This document shows, piece by piece, positions 59,079 through 64,000 of a stretch of DNA of 64,000 nt. The translations under genes and the position numbers were made by a program. The notes under the pieces were generated by a model. It had not been told where the DNA came from, searched no databases, and was given only the letters and a program-made list of their open reading frames with translations. Position 1 is the first letter of the stretch. Every line of letters starts with the position of its first letter. Where the stretch lies: NCBI RefSeq assembly GCF_001447785.1, contig NW_015172007.1, positions 366,638 through 430,637 of the forward strand, given 5' to 3'. Origin of the DNA: Gekko japonicus. Its lineage: Eukaryota.

Positions 59079-59391
59079 CAGGGGTCTTGTTGTAGAAAAA
59101 GAGCTGCCGGAGCTCATTAGCATAACTCATTAGCATAACTTATTTGCATATGCCATGCCCCCTGACATCACCGGAAGTGACAGAAGGCCACACCCCCTGA
59201 CATCACCGGAAGTGTGTCAGAAGGCCCGGCTACTTACCCTCCTGCTTCATCCTCATTCCCAAACGGAATGAGGATCGAAGCAGAGGGCGGGGTAAAGAAG
59301 GGGGCGGGGCTTCACCACGTGACCGCCCCGCCCCCTAGAGGTTCTCTTCCGGAGCTCCGTACCTGAGAGCTCCCCCCCGACTAGAGCCCTG
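59079..59391 (-). mobile_element. Young non-autonomous hAT element, sister of 16931-17208
   Basis: CAGGG...CCCTG termini, perfect TSD GAAATATC (59071-59078, 59392-59399) and a 35-bp internal duplication. Confidence 0.95.
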
Positions 59392-60226
59392 GAAATATCT
59401 CTTAAAATTGGTCTTCCTACTTCTGATTCTGGCCATAGAAAATTTTCATTTGGTAATATTTGTTTATCCACCGAAGCCCTGCATGTGTTCCTTTCGCTTA
59501 GAATGACTGGGTGTGGCAGTGAATGCTCAGTTACATCTGTTGCACAAGTAATTAGAAGAATTTTTACGGAATTCTCATATCTTGTGTGTGTCCCCCTTCC
59601 CGCAAATTCAGAACATGTGAATAGACATGATTCACCGAAAACCTCAAGATGGAAATGTTGACAGAAACTGATCCAGCTGCTTCTCAGATCTAAAATGTTT
59701 TGCCCAGTTCCCTGATGTTTCCCAGAATTATTAAATTTTTCCACTACTATCTCTTGGTTCACAAAGATCTCTGTGCCATACTTTATGCTGATTTTCTTGC
59801 TAATAACATATTAAAAACAAGTACATTTAAGGGCTGTGACATGCTAGGTGGTATTTCTCTGCATATCTTCCATCATCATGTTTGTTCAAAGGTGCTTGTG
59901 TGTGGTAAAACTGAGATAAACGTGGGAAATTCTATTGAAAACCGGAAGGAAATTTTTCCATGGCTGTCTCACAATTTCACCCCAAGGATACACACTGATT
60001 TTAAAAATGAACAATTGCCACAGAATTGCATGGCGATGGCTGCAATCTTAAGAACGCTTTCCTGAGAGTACACTGAATTGAACAAAGGTGGTCTTATGTC
60101 CAAGTAGACCTCATTAGGATTGCTCCCAATGTCACCTTATGGTGATCTTCTCTTTCTCGATGAAGTTGCTCTTAGGAACACATCTTTTCAGCCCAGCGGA
60201 AATAGCTTTCACTCAGATGTTCCCGG

Positions 60227-60427
60227 TAGGGTTGCCAGCTGGAGATTGGGTGGGTGGAGCCTGGGGAGGGTGAGGTTTGAGGAGGGGAGGGACCTCAGCA
60301 GGGTATAATGCCATAGAGACCAACATCCAGAGCAGGCATTTTCTCCAGGTGGACTGCTCTTGGACACCTGGAGATCAGTTGTAATAGCAGGGGATCTCCA
60401 GGTGTTACCTGGAGCTTAGCAACCCTA
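60227..60427 (+). mobile_element. Blackjack-like MITE, abundant older family
   Basis: TAGGGTTGCCAG...TAGCAACCCTA. Confidence 0.85.
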
Positions 60428-62714
60428 GTCTTCAGGGGCCTTCCAGGAGGGAAAAAAGCCCTGGAAAAGGCCCACTGCCAGATTGCTCTGGTGCTGGACC
60501 TTCCCTCCCTGGCCTCACATCCCCGCCCCCAGACCCCCGGAAGAGAGAAAGAGCCTGCTGAGCCAGCCCCATGCCTTGAGGGCACATTGCTCACGGCACT
60601 GAACGCGTGAGGCTGGGTGCCTCCCTCATCAGGCAGGGTGAGGCCAGGCTGAGCTCATCCTTCACCATGCTTGGCTAGCAAGGCCAGGCTGGAGGCATCC
60701 CTGGCGGGGAAGGGTTAGGCTAGGATGTACGTGTCCAGGCACCATCCTCAAAATCTCCAGGAATTTCCCAAGCTGGAATTGGCAACCCTACATGAGCATG
60801 ATGTTCACTTTTTCTTGTAATCTTTCTCTTTTCTTTTTCTTCTTCTTGAAATAAGATTTAGACATGGAGAAAAGATCTGTTTATGGCAATTAGCCATAAT
60901 TGCTCAATGGAACCTTTTGGTTTATAGGCAGCATGCCACAGAATAACAGATGTTGTGGCAAAATGCACCCTTACTTCCGAAAGCAGATGTCTGGCCACTT
61001 TTTGTCTGTTCCAGCAAGGCAATTCCTATGATCCCTTTTGGAAAGCAGCAGGGAAGCAAATCAGCGTTAGGTTTACATACAAGGAGGAGTTAATGGAGTC
61101 TGCTTTAATTTCCCTGTCAAGATTTTTTCAGATGTTATTAGGATTACGATTTCATCCTAACTATTGTTATAAAACCAAGAACCCAGTATGCTCTGCCTGA
61201 CTTTTTTTTTTTTTTGCTGCTGTCATTGGAAAATTAGTCCTCAAGTGATGGGACAGTCCATATGTGGTTGATTTGCCATTTATGATTGCTTTTTGTGTGA
61301 TTGTTTCCTGGATGAATGAATAAATTTTTTCTCATTAATTGATTGGCAGGCTGATTTGCTTAGACTTTAGAACCACATGCTGCTCTCGGAAGCAGTACGA
61401 GTGATTCAAGAATAGTTACTCCATTATGCTGGTCTTTTGGCGTAAATAAACTTCCCTTTGTTGTTTGGGTTCAAGGCAGTCAGGTCTGAAGAAGACTCTA
61501 GTTTTTAGGACATTATGCCTATATTTTAAGAGAACTGCCAGACTTGGGTAAAGGGGCTCATTTTGACTGTGGGGTTGTTTGTGTCTGTAAAACAATTAAA
61601 GTCATAAAATGGCTTAAATAAAAGCAGATGCTTTGGACATGAACAACAACATATTTGGAGATAAAAAATACTAGACTAGTACAGCATTGATGAGTAATGC
61701 AGGAATTTTATTTAGCATGTGTCCCAATATGTCTGGACAACTTGATAGGTTACTTATGGTTTCTCAGGCTCACACTACAAATGATGGCAACAGACCCATC
61801 TGTGTAAACCTGGGTGTGCCTCGGTCACATGTGGTGGAACTGGATGCTAAATTTTAGAGCAAAATGGACACACGTACTAACAACCCCCCCATCATGACCT
61901 GTAGCATATATAAGAGCAATGCAATATAGATGTAGACCTCTCCTAGTTTACCTGTAAAATGTTTATTTAACATTCAGATTTCTGGAGTCTAAAGAAAGCT
62001 TGTAGCAGCTCATCTCAATTGTGATGTTTAACAAAAACCCAACTGAAAATAAATGCATTGGTTTCATTACAGAATCTGAATGTTCTGACTGCAGATCTGT
62101 TGGCTCCCTTGGTTTGTACCACTGAACCATAAGTGTGCAAGGCACTTTATCACCTAGGGCTATCCTTTGAATTGAGGCAGTCTTTTTCATGTATATGATT
62201 TTAAGCATTTGTCATTATTTCATTGTAGAATTGCCATAAGTTTGGGCTGATGGTATTTAAGGGATCTTCCCATGGTCCCTGAGATTAGGGGAAAGATGTA
62301 AGCAGGTAGTGACGCAGCTCAATTCAAGCCTCTTGAACCAAGTAGCAGGCAGCACTGCCATACAGGAGAGGCATGTACAGGCATGATTTCATGCTCCTTT
62401 CCATGTGTGTCACAAATTCCTCCTCCCCATGCCTCTTGTGGCATAGTTTTGGTAGGTTGGCTGTGCATGGTATAAATTCCCTAATCCCCAAGAAACAGAG
62501 AAAGACTAGAGGGGACACAGGATTGAAACTGCTGATAACAGCTGTCATTGGCCATCATTCTCTGTGCTCACAGAGTGGTCTCACTCTAGGATTTGAATTC
62601 TCCTTGGTAAAACACCAATACACTTTGCACTGCAAGTGGAAAACCAATTTAATTTCAGTCTGAAACTCCCAGGTAGGACTACAATGGTGTGTGACTCTTC
62701 TTCCGTTTCTCTGG

Positions 62715-63092
62715 TTGTGTGTATTAAAGTGCCATCAAGTCTCTTCTGTCTTCTGGCGACCTTACAGATTAATGACCTCCCAAATGTTCTCTTGCTAACA
62801 GCCTTGCTCAGGTCTTGCAAAACGAGGGCCATTTCCTCCTTTATTGAACCTATCCATCTTGTGTTGGGTCTTCCTCTTTTCCTGCTACCTTCAACATTTC
62901 TTAGCATCATAGTCTTTTCCAGTGAGTCTCATCTTCTCATGATGGGACCAAAGTACGATAACCTCAATTAAGTCATTTAACTTCTAGGGAGAGTTCAGGC
63001 TTGATTTGATCTAGAATCTACTTAGTTGTCTTTTTTTTTACAGTCCACGGTATCCATAAAACTCTCCCCCAACACCACATTTCAAATGAACT
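62715..63092 (-). mobile_element. RTE/BovB-related LINE 3' fragment (second family)
   Basis: Encodes MMLRNVEGSRKRGRPNTRWIGSIKE..RRQKRLDGT with an (ACAC)-like tail. Confidence 0.85.
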
Positions 63093-64000
63093 TCTCTAGT
63101 TATCTACTCTAAAATAATGATTTTGGATTAAACTTCTTCCAAAAGTTTATTCCAAGGCTGTGTAATTTGCCACTACAAAAAGTGAAATAAAGTTTTAAGG
63201 AAAAAAACAAAAACAAAAAAGAGCACTTTAGTTTCTATGCAGTGAAGGTCTGATACTGAAATCCTGCACCCTGCTGCTGAATACGGAGATAGAAGATACA
63301 CTGGTAGTCTGTTGGCTGTGTCTAAAATCCGTTCCAGTCATGATTATCTGTAATCCTTCTTGGTTTCTCTTGAAATGCAAAATACTTCAAGAACTGCTGC
63401 AGATGGAAGAATGGGAGAGGATGATGTATGCATCAGGCAGACAGAAGGTTTTAACGTTTGGAAATGTTATCAAATGCTCGCCTTTGATTCAAAATAGATG
63501 GCAAATGCGTTCAGACCTTAGGATAATTAATATGCTGTATACAGGCACTGCAAACAAACAGGATTCCAAACCCAGTAGGAATGTCTGTTTCCCTCAATTG
63601 CCACTGGAACTCTTCCTAAAGGAAGAGTTTATTAACAGAACTTGGAGGAGGTGAGAGTAGCAATTTCCAAACTATGAGGTACAGCCATGTGTCTTGGGTG
63701 AAATATGGGTCTTGGTCTTGCAGGCATTAAGAGTAATTGATAAAGCACCTTGTCATTGCCACATGCCTTCCATATATACTTATTAAAATATTTATACCCT
63801 GCTTTTCTTCAAAGACTCTAGAAGCCAATGAATGCAGCACCAGGTTGCAAGAGAAAACATCCATGTTCAAGATGGGATGAGGGAAAGGACGCAGATCTGT
63901 TTCTCTGACTTCTTCCCATGGCTGTATATCATTGCTCGTCTGCATATTTTTTTCAAAAAGTGTCATTCACATCTTTAATGTGCTGCAATCTGGACACAGC

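Noticed and set aside
59253-64000. Exons of a downstream neighbour such as CDC7 (convergent with TGFBR3 in human, from memory)
   Set aside because: No kinase-like or otherwise recognisable peptide in the ORFs or by eye. Short exons could have been missed.

Overview
This is vertebrate genomic DNA from a squamate reptile, probably a gecko (inferred from the Sauria SINE, BovB, Squam-type SINEs and abundant TAGGGTTGCCA MITEs). The only host gene I can support is the 3' end of TGFBR3 (betaglycan) on the + strand. It has a transmembrane exon at 3037-3144, an 8.8-kb last intron, a terminal coding exon at 11949-12067, and a probably long 3'UTR with poly(A) signals near 14564 and 19445. The remaining ~45 kb is intergenic and dense with transposable elements: CR1, L2, BovB/RTE, RTE-X-like, Penelope-like, tRNA- and 5S-derived SINEs, hAT and PIF/Harbinger MITEs, and LTR remnants. 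There are two assembly gaps. Nearly all short ORFs in the track are spurious or TE debris, and the 765-aa ORF is a 5'-truncated, stop-free CR1 ORF2. I found no novel protein-coding system. The best leads are non-coding: (1) a TGT..ACA TIR element with a CCGG-like target duplication (Ginger1-like), visible only after removing a CR1 that split its left TIR; (2) hammerhead-ribozyme motifs in four Penelope-like remnants, two of them disabled inside the TGFBR3 3'UTR; (3) young CpG-rich MITEs carrying promoter-type motif cassettes (ETS/CRE, GC box, E-box, octamer), one inside the 3'UTR. All family assignments are from reading by eye, not from database searches.
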